Assembly: GCA_965652565.1 (NCBI GenBank)
Contig: CBFGWL010000003.1
Location: 22,457 to 86,456, forward strand
Direction: 5' to 3'
Origin: an uncultured bacterium
GTDB taxonomy: Bacteria > Actinomycetota > Thermoleophilia > Solirubrobacterales > 70-9
DNA: 64,000 bases
The number at the start of each line of letters is the position of its first letter. The stretch's first letter is position 1. Under the pieces are notes generated by a model. That model was not told where the DNA came from and did no database searches. It worked only from the letters and a program-made list of their open reading frames with translations. Both the position numbers and the translations under genes were made by a program. Below, one piece after another: positions 1-13,739 of this stretch.

Positions 1-1
1 C

Positions 2-871
2 GCCGCTGAGATCGCGCGGACCAAGCCCGACGCGATCGGCCTGCAGGAGGTCGCGCTGTGGCGGCGCGGCCAGCGCGGCGCCCCGGACGGGCCGGCTACC
101 CCCGCGCGTGAGGTCGTCGTCGACTTCCTCGAGGTACTGCGCACGCAGCTCGACAAGCGCGGCCTGCGCTACAAGGTCGGCCGCGTCCAGAACCAGGCCG
201 ACATCGAGCTCCCGATCGACCGGAACGCCGACGGTACCCCCGAGATGGACGGCCGGCTCACGATGCGCGACGCGATCCTTGTCAAGCAGAACCTGAAGAT
301 CTCGAACCGCCGCGGCGGCAACTACCCGACCGGGCTGCCCGTGCCCACCCCGCTCGGCCAGATCGACGTCACCCGCGGCTGGACGTCCGTGGATTTGGTC
401 AAGGGCAAGAAGCGCAACCGCAAGAAGTTCCGCTTCATCAACACCCACCTCGAGGCGTTCAGCGCGTTCTTCCGGCGCAGCCAGGCGTTCTCGCTGACCA
501 CCCTCCCGATCGTCCAAAACAGCCGCAAGCTGCCGGTGATCCTGGTGGGCGATCTGAACTCCGACCCGGTGGACGACTCGATCCCCAACGAGCCCGATCC
601 GATCCCGGAGGCGCCCGAGAACGGCGCGTACCTGGCGATCGCGGACGCCGGGTTCGCTGACCGGGGCGTCACGCAGAACACGTGCTGCCACGCCGACGAC
701 CTGCTCAACGACGAGGTCGACTTCGGCTCGCGCATCGATCACGTGCTCGCGAAGGGCAAGGTCCGCAAGCTCGGGGCGAGCCGCACCGGCCTCGACCAGG
801 CCCAGCGCACGGACACCGGCCTGTGGCCGTCGGATCACGCCGGCGTGGTGAGCCGCCTGCGGATCCGCTAG
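2..871 (+). CDS. endonuclease/exonuclease/phosphatase (EEP) family protein, 5' end cut by the window edge
   Basis: The frame is open from base 2 (AAEIARTKPDAIGLQEVALW...) and runs into ORF 245..871. C-terminal GSRIDHVL and WPSDHAGV motifs are typical of the DNase I-like EEP fold. Confidence 0.6.
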   Translation, partial: AAEIARTKPDAIGLQEVALWRRGQRGAPDGPATPAREVVVDFLEVLRTQLDKRGLRYKVGRVQNQADIELPIDRNADGTPEMDGRLTMRDAILVKQNLKISNRRGGNYPTGLPVPTPLGQIDVTRGWTSVDLVKGKKRNRKKFRFINTHLEAFSAFFRRSQAFSLTTLPIVQNSRKLPVILVGDLNSDPVDDSIPNEPDPIPEAPENGAYLAIADAGFADRGVTQNTCCHADDLLNDEVDFGSRIDHVLAKGKVRKLGASRTGLDQAQRTDTGLWPSDHAGVVSRLRIR

Positions 872-909
872 GGAGCAAAGCCTCCGCAAGGAGGGAAGGC
901 AAAGCGGCG

Positions 910-940
910 AAGGGCGGGCGCTCGGGGGGCGCCCGCCCTT
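910..940 (+). terminator. GC-rich hairpin terminator after the EEP gene
   Basis: Perfect 12-bp stem AAGGGCGGGCGC / GCGCCCGCCCTT with a 7-nt loop, 39 nt after the stop at 871. Confidence 0.55.
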
Positions 941-1041
941 TCCGCGTCAAAGACCCGCCCTGCCGCGACCGTCGCCGGTGAGCGGGTAGTATCCGCGGCG
1001 CCTCTGCGGGCACAGCGACCCCCGAGGGGCTGATTTCGGGA

Positions 1042-1542
1042 ATGAGTAAGCGCCTTTTCGTCACCTTCGGAATCGTCGCGGCGGTCTGCGTCGTCGTGAT
1101 CCCCTTCCTCGTGATCAGCAGCTCGAGCGGGCTCGAAAACGGCCGCGTCGCGGTTGCCGAGCGCGACGAGGAGAGCAAGGAGCTCTTCCAGGCCAACTGC
1201 GGCACCTGCCACACGCTGGCCGCGGCGGGCACCGACGGGGTCGTCGGCCCCGACCTCGACGACCGCCTGGCGCCCGGTGGCAGCGGTGACTACGACAGCA
1301 ACTACGGGCGCGTCCTGACCGCCGTCGTCTGCGGCTTCGGCGATGGCCGCATGCCCGCCCGGATCCTCACCGGCGAGAACGCCAAGCAAGTCGCGACGTT
1401 CGTCGCCGCGTACGCCGGCCAGCTCGGCGACGGCGACGGTCCGCTGGTCGACACCTCCACGGCTTCCCAGCCCGAGCCGCAGCCCTGCGCCGGATCGGCG
1501 GGCGCCGACGAGGGCGACGGCGCCGCCGCAGACTCCGAGTAG
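1042..1542 (+). CDS. membrane-anchored class I c-type cytochrome
   Basis: N-terminal TM helix (LFVTFGIVAAVCVVVIPFLVI), a single heme motif CGTCH (ANCGTCHTL) and a downstream GRMPA candidate Met ligand. Confidence 0.7.
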   Translation: MSKRLFVTFGIVAAVCVVVIPFLVISSSSGLENGRVAVAERDEESKELFQANCGTCHTLAAAGTDGVVGPDLDDRLAPGGSGDYDSNYGRVLTAVVCGFGDGRMPARILTGENAKQVATFVAAYAGQLGDGDGPLVDTSTASQPEPQPCAGSAGADEGDGAAADSE

Positions 1543-1634
1543 CGCGTCGCGCCCGCTCGTCCGCGCACCGAGGCGGCCGCCGGCCGCCCGCTCCGGCATG
1601 CCGTGGACGGTGGCCATATATCTGCTAGCCTCAG

Positions 1635-1649
1635 ACTCAGATTTCTTAC
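1635..1649 (+). promoter_or_regulatory. AT-rich heat-shock motif ACTCAGATTTCTTAC upstream of dnaK, shared with clpB
   Basis: 13 of 15 nt identical to ACTTAGATTTCTTGC at 7469..7483. Both copies sit in rare low-GC islands just 5' of heat-shock genes. Confidence 0.45.
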
Positions 1650-1677
1650 GAAAACATGCGTGATAGGAGCGAGAGCT

Positions 1678-3567
<1,890 letters not shown>

Positions 3568-3570
3568 TCG

Positions 3571-4248
3571 ATGGCGCCTCGCGACGAGACAGCTGAAGAG
3601 CGCGCGGCCGCGGCCGAGGAGGCCGCGGCCGCCGGCGACGAGCACGACGCCCCGGAGGCGGAGGCGCCCGAGAGCGCTTCCGCCGAGGAGGGCTCCGAGC
3701 CCGCTGCGAATCAGGACGGAGCCGCGGTCGAGCAGGACCTCGACGAGCTGATCGCCGATCTGCGCCGCGAGCGCGACGAGTACCTCTCGCTCGCGCAGCG
3801 GGCCCGCGCCGACTTCGAGAACTACCGGCGCCGGGCCGCCAAGGAGTCCTCCGACGCGGAGCGGCGCGGCAAGGCCGACGTCGTGCGCGCCCTGTTGCCC
3901 GCGATCGACAGCCTGGAGCGGGCGCTGCTCGCGGCCGGCGTGTCTAGCGAGGAGCAGAACGGGGCCGACGACGCCTCGGAGCCCCGCAGCCGTGAGGTCT
4001 CCGCGCACGAGGCGCTGGCCGAGGGCGTCGCGCTCGTGCACCGGGAGCTGACCGCCGCGCTGAGCAGCGTGGGCGTCGAGGTCTTCGACCCGCTCGGCGA
4101 GCGGTTCGACCCGAACTCGTGCGAGGCGCTCTCGACGCGTCCGCCGGCCGACGGCGAGGAGTCCGGCGTGGTCGTCGAGGTCGTGCAGCGCGGCTATCGC
4201 CTCGGCGAGGCCCTGATCCGCCCCGCGCGCGTGGTGGTCAGCGGCTAG
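3571..4248 (+). CDS. grpE: nucleotide exchange factor GrpE
   Basis: Lies immediately after dnaK. Acidic N-terminus followed by the conserved DFENYRRR / [13 protein letters not shown] core. Confidence 0.93.
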   Translation: MAPRDETAEERAAAAEEAAAAGDEHDAPEAEAPESASAEEGSEPAANQDGAAVEQDLDELIADLRRERDEYLSLAQRARADFENYRRRAAKESSDAERRGKADVVRALLPAIDSLERALLAAGVSSEEQNGADDASEPRSREVSAHEALAEGVALVHRELTAALSSVGVEVFDPLGERFDPNSCEALSTRPPADGEESGVVVEVVQRGYRLGEALIRPARVVVSG

Positions 4249-4264
4249 CAAACCGGAGGGCCCG

Positions 4265-5359
<1,095 letters not shown>

Positions 5360-5393
5360 ATCGATCCGCGTCAGCAGTCAAGGTAGGTGAGCG

Positions 5394-5918
5394 ATGAGCG
5401 AGTCGAAGCGCAGGACGGTGCGCCGCGTTCGTACCCGAACGGACGCCACCATCGATACCTCGAGGGGCGTCTTCATGATCTCCGTGGCGGCGGAGCTCGC
5501 CGACATGCACCCGCAGACGCTGCGGATGTACGAGGCGCGCGGGCTGATCACGCCCAAGCGCTCGCCGAAGAACACGCGGCTCTATTCCTACGACGACGTG
5601 GAGCGCCTCAAGCGCATCCAGCGGATGACGGCCGAAGAGGGGCTCAACCTCGCCGGCGTCGAGGCCGTCCTCGAGATGGAGGAGGAGCTCGAGCGCGCGC
5701 GGGCGGAGCTCAGCCGCATGCGCGAGCGCGCCGCCGAGCTGGAGCGTCGTCTCGAGGACGAGCTCGAGCGGATGAAGCGCTCCATGCGAGCGGAGATCGT
5801 CCCCTACGGCGCGTATGAGCCGGAGGGCCTCGTGCCCGAGCCCCGGAGCGGGCGCGGGCAGCGCGTCCGCATCCCGATCACGCGGACCGGCAGCGCGGGC
5901 GAGTCGCCGGAGCGGTGA
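5394..5918 (+). CDS. hspR: MerR-family heat-shock repressor HspR
   Basis: MerR-type HTH (ISVAAELADMHPQTLRMYEARGL). It is the last gene of the dnaK-grpE-dnaJ operon, as in actinobacterial hspR. Confidence 0.85.
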   Translation: MSESKRRTVRRVRTRTDATIDTSRGVFMISVAAELADMHPQTLRMYEARGLITPKRSPKNTRLYSYDDVERLKRIQRMTAEEGLNLAGVEAVLEMEEELERARAELSRMRERAAELERRLEDELERMKRSMRAEIVPYGAYEPEGLVPEPRSGRGQRVRIPITRTGSAGESPER

Positions 5919-6004
5919 GCGCCCTGCGGCGCGCGGGCGCGTTGGACTAGTCTGCCGCCGATGTCGATCGCAGCCATGAGCCGGGGGGAACGCGCGGAGC
6001 GGCG

Positions 6005-7294
6005 ATGAAGCTCGTGATGACCTACAAGGTCCGCGACGAGGAGGACGTCCTCGAGGCGAACCTCCGCTTCCACCGGGCGCTTGGCGTCGAGTTCTTCATC
6101 GTCACCGACAACGGCTCGGTCGACGGCACGGGGGAGATCCTGGAGCGCTACGAGCGCGCCGGGCTCGCGCACGTGATCTCCGAGCCCGCCGACGAGATGA
6201 GCTCGCGCGGCGACGAGTGGCTCACCCGCATGGCGCGCCTGGCGAGCGAGGAATACGACGCGGACTGGATCCTCCACAACGACGCCGACGAGTTCTGGTG
6301 GCCGCTCGAAGGTACGCTGCGCGACGCCCTCGCAGCGATTCCCGAGGAGTTCGGAGCGGTCTTCGCGCCCCGCGTGGAGTTCGTCGGCCGTCCCGACGGA
6401 CCCGGCACCTTCGCCGAACGCCTCACGGTCCGCGAGGCTCATGGGCGGCTGCGCCCCAAGGTGGCGCACCGCGCCCGCCCGGACGCCGTGGTGCTCCACC
6501 GCGGCGGGCACGACGTGGTCGCCGCCCCGACCGGCAACCCGCGCGACGCCCTGCGCCCGCCCGGGCGCGCCGTGCTCCGCACCGTCCGCGGCTCGGAGGC
6601 GGGCGACGATCGTGCCCTCGCGCCTGCGCCGATCTGGCCGATCCAGATCCTGCACTTCCCCGTGCGCTCGTTCGCCCAGTACCGCCGGCGCGTGGAACAC
6701 GGGCTGGCCTCGTTCCCGGACCAGAAGAGCTGGTCGCAGCTACGCCGCGCGTACGAGAACGACAAGCTCAAGTGGCTCTACAAGGAACTCACCTACGACG
6801 ACGAAGCCGTCGCCGAGGGCCTGCGCTCAGGGGAGCTCGTCGAGGACACCCGCCTCCGGGATTTCCTCGAGACCTGCCCCGATCCACTGTCCGACGGCTT
6901 CCGGGAAACGGCCCCGCCCCGTCCGAGCCCCGGCGAGCTCGAGCGTGAGCGCGCCGCCCTCGCCGCGGACGCGATGCGGGTCGTCGGCCGTCACTCGCGG
7001 CTCTTCGAGGTCCGCCTGGGCGAGTCGCGCGAGCGCATCCACGAGCTGGTCGACACGCTCGAGGAGACCCGCAACGACTACCGCGCCGAGCGGCGCAAGG
7101 CGAAGCGCCGCCGTGAGCGCATCAAGAAGCTGCGCAAGCGCGAGCGGGAGAAGCGCAAGCGGCTCCGCGCTGAGCTCCGTGCCGAGCGACAGCGCCCGTG
7201 GAGCAGGCTGCGCAAGCGCATCCGTGGCCTGCGCGCGCGCGTCGGCGCGCTGCTTGGGCGCGGCCCGGCGTCCGCGGACGACGCCGAGCGCTGA
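6005..7294 (+). CDS. GT2-like glycosyltransferase (paralog 1 of 3) with a basic coiled-coil C-terminal tail
   Basis: N-terminal MKLVMTYKVRDEEDVLEANLRFHRALGVEFFIVTDNGSVDGT, acidic motif NDADEFWWP and ILHFPVRSFAQYRRRV. Clear paralogs at 22309..23421 and 38439..39242. The tail is RKAKRRRERIKKLRKREREKRKRLRAELR. Confidence 0.7.
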   Translation: MKLVMTYKVRDEEDVLEANLRFHRALGVEFFIVTDNGSVDGTGEILERYERAGLAHVISEPADEMSSRGDEWLTRMARLASEEYDADWILHNDADEFWWPLEGTLRDALAAIPEEFGAVFAPRVEFVGRPDGPGTFAERLTVREAHGRLRPKVAHRARPDAVVLHRGGHDVVAAPTGNPRDALRPPGRAVLRTVRGSEAGDDRALAPAPIWPIQILHFPVRSFAQYRRRVEHGLASFPDQKSWSQLRRAYENDKLKWLYKELTYDDEAVAEGLRSGELVEDTRLRDFLETCPDPLSDGFRETAPPRPSPGELERERAALAADAMRVVGRHSRLFEVRLGESRERIHELVDTLEETRNDYRAERRKAKRRRERIKKLRKREREKRKRLRAELRAERQRPWSRLRKRIRGLRARVGALLGRGPASADDAER

Positions 7295-7454
7295 AGGGCG
7301 CAGCCGCCGCCCCGCGCCTGCCTGAGCCACGGGCGTAGCTCGCCGTCCGTGGCGCGGGCGGACGAGACGTGCCCGCGCACCCGTTATTGCTTGGGCAAGA
7401 CGACAGAAACCGCCATTTGATGCGCGATTCCGCTCGGAATGCGCGCGCTCAGAA

Positions 7455-7475
7455 CTTTAGTGATACTCACTTAGA
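7455..7475. promoter_or_regulatory. HAIR-like inverted repeat (candidate HspR operator) upstream of clpB
   Basis: CTTTAGT-N7-ACTTAGA compared with the actinobacterial HAIR consensus CTTGAGT-N7-ACTCAAG (left half 6/7, right half 4/7). It contains the perfect inner palindrome AGTGA-TAC-TCACT (7459..7471). Confidence 0.5.
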
Positions 7476-7479
7476 TTTC

Positions 7480-7509
7480 TTGCACAAAGCTGTAGAAAGG
7501 CGCTAAGCT
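7480..7509 (+). promoter_or_regulatory. candidate clpB promoter (TTGCAC-18 nt-TAAGCT)
   Basis: The -10 hexamer ends 7 nt before the ATG at 7517, and no SD is visible. This suggests a leaderless or near-leaderless transcript. Confidence 0.4.
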
Positions 7510-7516
7510 AACCGGC

Positions 7517-10114
<2,598 letters not shown>

Positions 10115-10154
10115 CCCCCGCGGCATTCCACGGCCACCAGAGCGGCGAGCCCGA

Positions 10155-10199
10155 CCGAGGCGGATCGTCGGCCGATATAAGGCGTGACATCCGCCTCGG
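10155..10199. terminator. hairpin between convergent clpB and the BNR gene
   Basis: Perfect 11-bp stem CCGAGGCGGAT / ATCCGCCTCGG with a 23-nt loop. Confidence 0.35.
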
Positions 10200-10228
10200 T
10201 GCGGGGAGGCGATACGCGATCGAGACGA

Positions 10229-11452
10229 CTAGGGCCGCACCTGCGTGTGGAAGGTGCGGTTGTTCGCTGCGCTCTTGCCGACGTGCGCGAAGAGGTCCAG
10301 TCGCTTGGCGGTGCCCTCGCCGAACAGGCGGTGGGTGGCCTTCCACCCCCGCGGGGGCTTGACCACGCGAATGCGCCCCACCTTGGAGGCGGCGGGGTTG
10401 GTTCGCGTCACGAGGTAGCGGCCGTTGCGCTCCCAGAAGATCCAGAGTCGGCCGTTCTGACCGGTGGCGATCGAGACGTGCTCAGCGCCCCGAGCACGCT
10501 TGCCGGAGACGATTGCCCTCGCCTTGTTCGCCCCGACTCGCCAGAGCAGGATCTTGCGGGTCTTCGGGTAGCCCTTGCCGTAGGCGATCCAGGCGCCGGA
10601 CTTGCCCTTGCGCGCTGCGATCGCGGTGCGCTCCCGTTGGTAGCGGAAGCGGTTGCGGCCGCCAGCCGAGGAGCCCGGCGCGAACATCAAGGGGTCGAGT
10701 GGGCCGGACTGCGTCAGCATGCGCGCGTAGATCCCCTTCCCGCCGGAGTTGATCTGCTGCCAGCCGCCGTACACCGTCCCCTGGTCGTCGATGACGATCT
10801 CGGGCATGCCGATCCCCGTGACGCCAATGAGGTTCAGGTGCTTGGGCGGAAACGCGGGCCCGAAGGTGTACCCATGGGCGCCCGGGCCGGAGTCGCCCCA
10901 GGCGCCGACGCGCACGCCGCTCGTCGGCCGGGGGTCTGCGCCGGCGCCGATCCCGGCGCCGATATAGGCGGTGTCGACGTCCGCGGCAGCGAACGCCGGT
11001 GGGGTCCAGGTCTTCCCGCCGTCGTTGCTCTGTTTGAACAGGAGATAGCCGCTGAACGGCTCTCCCGGCGACGTCGAACGGATCCCGCTGAAGTAGATGC
11101 CGAGAATCTGATTCGAGCGGCTGAAGGTCACGTCCACGCTGCGGTTGATCGTCGTCCAATCGGACTCGAGCGTGCTCCTGGCCACCTTCTTCCCCCGCTT
11201 GTTGATGCGTACGTACCGGAGGGAGGCCTTCGTCCCGGTCCGCTGGTGGTAGGCCACGTGCAGGCGCCCGTCAAGCGTGCGTGCCACTCCGGCCTCCACG
11301 GCGTTTGGCCCCTTGCCGGTGATCGCGGTCCATTTGCCCGGTCCACCGGCGACCGCGGGCGGCGCCAGCGCAAGCGCGAGCGCCGCGGCGGCCGGCAACG
11401 TCGCGCACCAGCCTGCTCGGCGGGGAAACCGGGTCGCTGACGATTCGGACAA
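10229..11452 (-). CDS. secreted BNR/Asp-box (sialidase-like beta-propeller) protein
   Basis: Asp-box SNDGGKTWT and a signal-like N-terminus (RFPRRAGWCATLPAAAALALALAPPAVAG). The start is uncertain: TTG at 11452 is chosen here, and the ORF-track ATG at 11575 would overlap the divergent GT1 start. Confidence 0.55.
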   Translation of the reverse strand: MSESSATRFPRRAGWCATLPAAAALALALAPPAVAGGPGKWTAITGKGPNAVEAGVARTLDGRLHVAYHQRTGTKASLRYVRINKRGKKVARSTLESDWTTINRSVDVTFSRSNQILGIYFSGIRSTSPGEPFSGYLLFKQSNDGGKTWTPPAFAAADVDTAYIGAGIGAGADPRPTSGVRVGAWGDSGPGAHGYTFGPAFPPKHLNLIGVTGIGMPEIVIDDQGTVYGGWQQINSGGKGIYARMLTQSGPLDPLMFAPGSSAGGRNRFRYQRERTAIAARKGKSGAWIAYGKGYPKTRKILLWRVGANKARAIVSGKRARGAEHVSIATGQNGRLWIFWERNGRYLVTRTNPAASKVGRIRVVKPPRGWKATHRLFGEGTAKRLDLFAHVGKSAANNRTFHTQVRP

Positions 11453-11573
11453 GCGCGTCCTCCCGAAACTGCGCGGGTACCCTCGGCGACTACCGTAATG
11501 CGCCCGCCGCCCCGCGTCCAGGTCGCCGACGGCGGGCGAATACGATCGTCCGCCCGGCCGCGCCGGGCACCCC

Positions 11574-12653
11574 ATGCGAGTAGGTATCTCCTGTTACTGG
11601 TTCAACCGCGGGCAGGGCGTCGTCGGGCGCCAGCTGCGCTCCGCGCTCGACGAGCTCGGCCACGAGACGTACGTGCTCGCCCGGCCGACGCGCGCGGGCA
11701 ACCTGAAGCCGGCCTACGTCGCGGAGGAGGACGTCTGGGACCAGCCGGGGGTGACCCGGGCCTCCGAGTACAAGATCCCCGGCGCCGAGATGGAGGCCTG
11801 GGCGCGCGAGCACGAGCTCGAGGCCGTGCTGTTCGACCAGAACTACCAGTTCGACGAGATCGAGGGCCTGCGCCGCATGGGCGTCCGGACGATCGGCCGG
11901 TTCGTCTGGGAGCACTTCGGCGCCGAGCACGTCGAGCCGGCGCGGCGCGCCTTCGACACCGTGTACTCGGTGACCGCGTGCGAGCAGGAGCGCTACGCGG
12001 CGCTCGGGCTCGAGACGCCCCGCGTGCCGTGGGGGATCCATCCCGAGCTCCTCGAGCAACCCGCGGGCGAGCGCTCGTCGGGGGAGGCGTGCACCCTCTT
12101 CTTCCCCGGGGGCTTCATGAGCCGGCGCAAGCCGCTCGGCCCCACACTCAAGGCGTTTCGCAAGGCCAAGGGCGACGGCCTGCGCCTGCTCGTCAAGGCC
12201 CAGGTCCAGCGCGGGGTCGACGACGTGCGCAAGGCCGCCCGGCGCGACTCGCGGATCGAGGTCATCGCGGCGGACCTGCCCACCGACGAGCACATGCGCT
12301 TGTTCGCCTCGGCCGACGTGTGCCTCGCGCCGAGCCGCTGGGAGGGGCTCGGCCTGCACCTCTTCGAGGCCACCGCACTGGGGCTGCCGATCGTCACGAA
12401 CGACAACCCGCCGATGAACGAGATCGTCCAGGATGGGCGCAACGGGCTGCTCGTGCGCGGCGTGCGCAGCCGCGTGCGCCCGCGCTCGGACATCGGCTCC
12501 TTCGATCCGCATCGCAAGGAGCTCACGCGCGCGATCGAGCGCCTCACGGACCCCGAGCTGCGCGCCCAGCTGGCCGCGGGCGCGCGCGAGCGCCGCGAGG
12601 AGCTGCGCTGGGAGCGCACGGTCGCGGCGCTGCGCGACCTGCTCGCGGGCTAG
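11574..12653 (+). CDS. GT1/GT4-type glycosyltransferase (paralog 1 of 3)
   Basis: MRVGISCYWFNRGQGVVGRQLRSALDELGHETYVLARP..., VWDQPGVT and the EX7E motif in RWEGLGLHLFEA. Paralogs at 29265..30347 and 31201..32295. Confidence 0.8.
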   Translation: MRVGISCYWFNRGQGVVGRQLRSALDELGHETYVLARPTRAGNLKPAYVAEEDVWDQPGVTRASEYKIPGAEMEAWAREHELEAVLFDQNYQFDEIEGLRRMGVRTIGRFVWEHFGAEHVEPARRAFDTVYSVTACEQERYAALGLETPRVPWGIHPELLEQPAGERSSGEACTLFFPGGFMSRRKPLGPTLKAFRKAKGDGLRLLVKAQVQRGVDDVRKAARRDSRIEVIAADLPTDEHMRLFASADVCLAPSRWEGLGLHLFEATALGLPIVTNDNPPMNEIVQDGRNGLLVRGVRSRVRPRSDIGSFDPHRKELTRAIERLTDPELRAQLAAGARERREELRWERTVAALRDLLAG

Positions 12654-12690
12654 CCGCGCCTGGCGGGGCTCCGCGCAACCACCCCACCCC

Positions 12691-12798
12691 GACTTCGTGA
12701 TTTCGTGGGATCAACCAACAAGATCGTGCACTCGCGAGGGGGCTCGCCGCGACTTCGTGATTGTGTGGGATCAACCAACACAATCGTGATCTCGCGAG
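12691..12798. repeat. low-GC direct repeat, two 48-nt units with a 60-nt period plus a partial third copy
   Basis: Unit 12691..12738 and unit 12751..12798 match at 42/48 positions (GACTTCGTGATT..GTGGGATCAACCAACA..ATCGTG..CTCGCGAG). A partial third copy lies at about 12799..12816. A 14-bp perfect palindrome GATCTCGCGAGATC sits at 12788..12801. Confidence 0.8.
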
Positions 12799-12813
12799 AT
12801 CGTGATCTTGTGG

Positions 12814-12842
12814 GGCCGCGGGGCCTCGCGGGCCCCGCGGCC
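12814..12842. terminator. bidirectional hairpin terminator between convergent GT1 and sulfotransferase genes
   Basis: Perfect 12-bp stem GGCCGCGGGGCC / GGCCCCGCGGCC with a 5-nt loop, abutting the stop codon at 12843..12845. Confidence 0.6.
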
Positions 12843-13739
12843 TCAATCGAGCGGGTAGCCCAGCTCGGCGAGGAGGTCGCCCGCGATCTCCTCGAACTGG
12901 CGGCGGGCGTCCGCGGGAAGCTCCGTGCGCCAGCGGCCGATCCTGTCGGGGCGCGGCGGCTCGCGCACGAGCGCGTGCTGGGCGGCGCGCTCGGCGGCCG
13001 TGATGCGCTCGCCGCCGCCGCGCTCGAAGTCGCGCTCCACCTCCGACATGCGCTCGTCGGCGACCTCGTGGTAGCGCAGCATGCGCTCGTCCCAGGGCAG
13101 CTCGATCGCGCGCGCCACCTCGCGCAGGGTCGCCTCCGGCTCGCGGACGAGCTCCTCGTAGCGCACCTCCACGTACGCGTCGTCCGGCAGCTTGCGCTTG
13201 GCCTGGCGGCGCGCCTTCTCGATGCCCTCCTTCCAGGCCGCGGCGGCGTCCGGGATGGTGTCGGGACCCCAGCTGCGCTCGAGCAGCGAGAGCGCCGCGT
13301 CGCGGCCGTCGCGGATCACGTGCAGAAAGCGCGCCTCGGGCAGCGCCTTGTGGATGCGCGCCATCCGCTTGAGATGCGTGGGCGACTTGTCGCCCCAACG
13401 CGGCTTGCCGTGGCCTTCGGCGTAGAGGCCGAAGAAGGCGCGCAGGGCGTCGCCGGCGGTGAACGGGTCGAGCGCCTCGAAGCGCGCCCGCAGCGCATCG
13501 GCATCGAGCCCCCAGTCCGGCCAGCGCTTGTGCCCGGTGACGAAGGCGAGCCCCGCCTCCGCGTCGGCGCCGCGCTCCACCTCCTTGACGAACCGCGGCA
13601 CGAAGTGGGTCTCCGGCGGGATCGCCAGCTCGGGGTGGGCGTCGAGCATCAGGCGCAGCAGGGTCGTGCCGGACCGGGCCACGCCCACGATGAAGGGGGC
13701 GGGGGCGCGCGCCGTGCCGTTCGTATCCGCGGGCTCCAT
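12843..13739 (-). CDS. PAPS-type sulfotransferase (close paralog of the 25.4-33.3 kb array)
   Basis: PFIVGVARSGTTLLRLMLDAHPELAIPPETHF (5'-PSB loop), RWGDKSPTH, LPEARFLHVIRDGRDAALS (3'-PB) and a C-terminal LLAELGY. Confidence 0.85.
   Translation of the reverse strand: MEPADTNGTARAPAPFIVGVARSGTTLLRLMLDAHPELAIPPETHFVPRFVKEVERGADAEAGLAFVTGHKRWPDWGLDADALRARFEALDPFTAGDALRAFFGLYAEGHGKPRWGDKSPTHLKRMARIHKALPEARFLHVIRDGRDAALSLLERSWGPDTIPDAAAAWKEGIEKARRQAKRKLPDDAYVEVRYEELVREPEATLREVARAIELPWDERMLRYHEVADERMSEVERDFERGGGERITAAERAAQHALVREPPRPDRIGRWRTELPADARRQFEEIAGDLLAELGYPLD

Noticed and set aside
1615-1650. Canonical HAIR (CTTGAGT-N7-ACTCAAG) upstream of dnaK
   Set aside because: Only the right half (ACTCAGA) is recognisable. 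The expected left half (TCTGCTA) matches just 2/7 positions. I therefore report only the 15-nt motif shared with clpB.
10184-11440. 418-aa +ORF opposite the BNR gene
   Set aside because: It is antisense to an ORF with an Asp-box and a signal peptide, and it has no motifs of its own.
12691-12816. Possible CRISPR array
   Set aside because: There are only 2.3 copies. The 'spacers' would be just 12 nt. The units are imperfect at 42/48 positions, and no cas genes are present.
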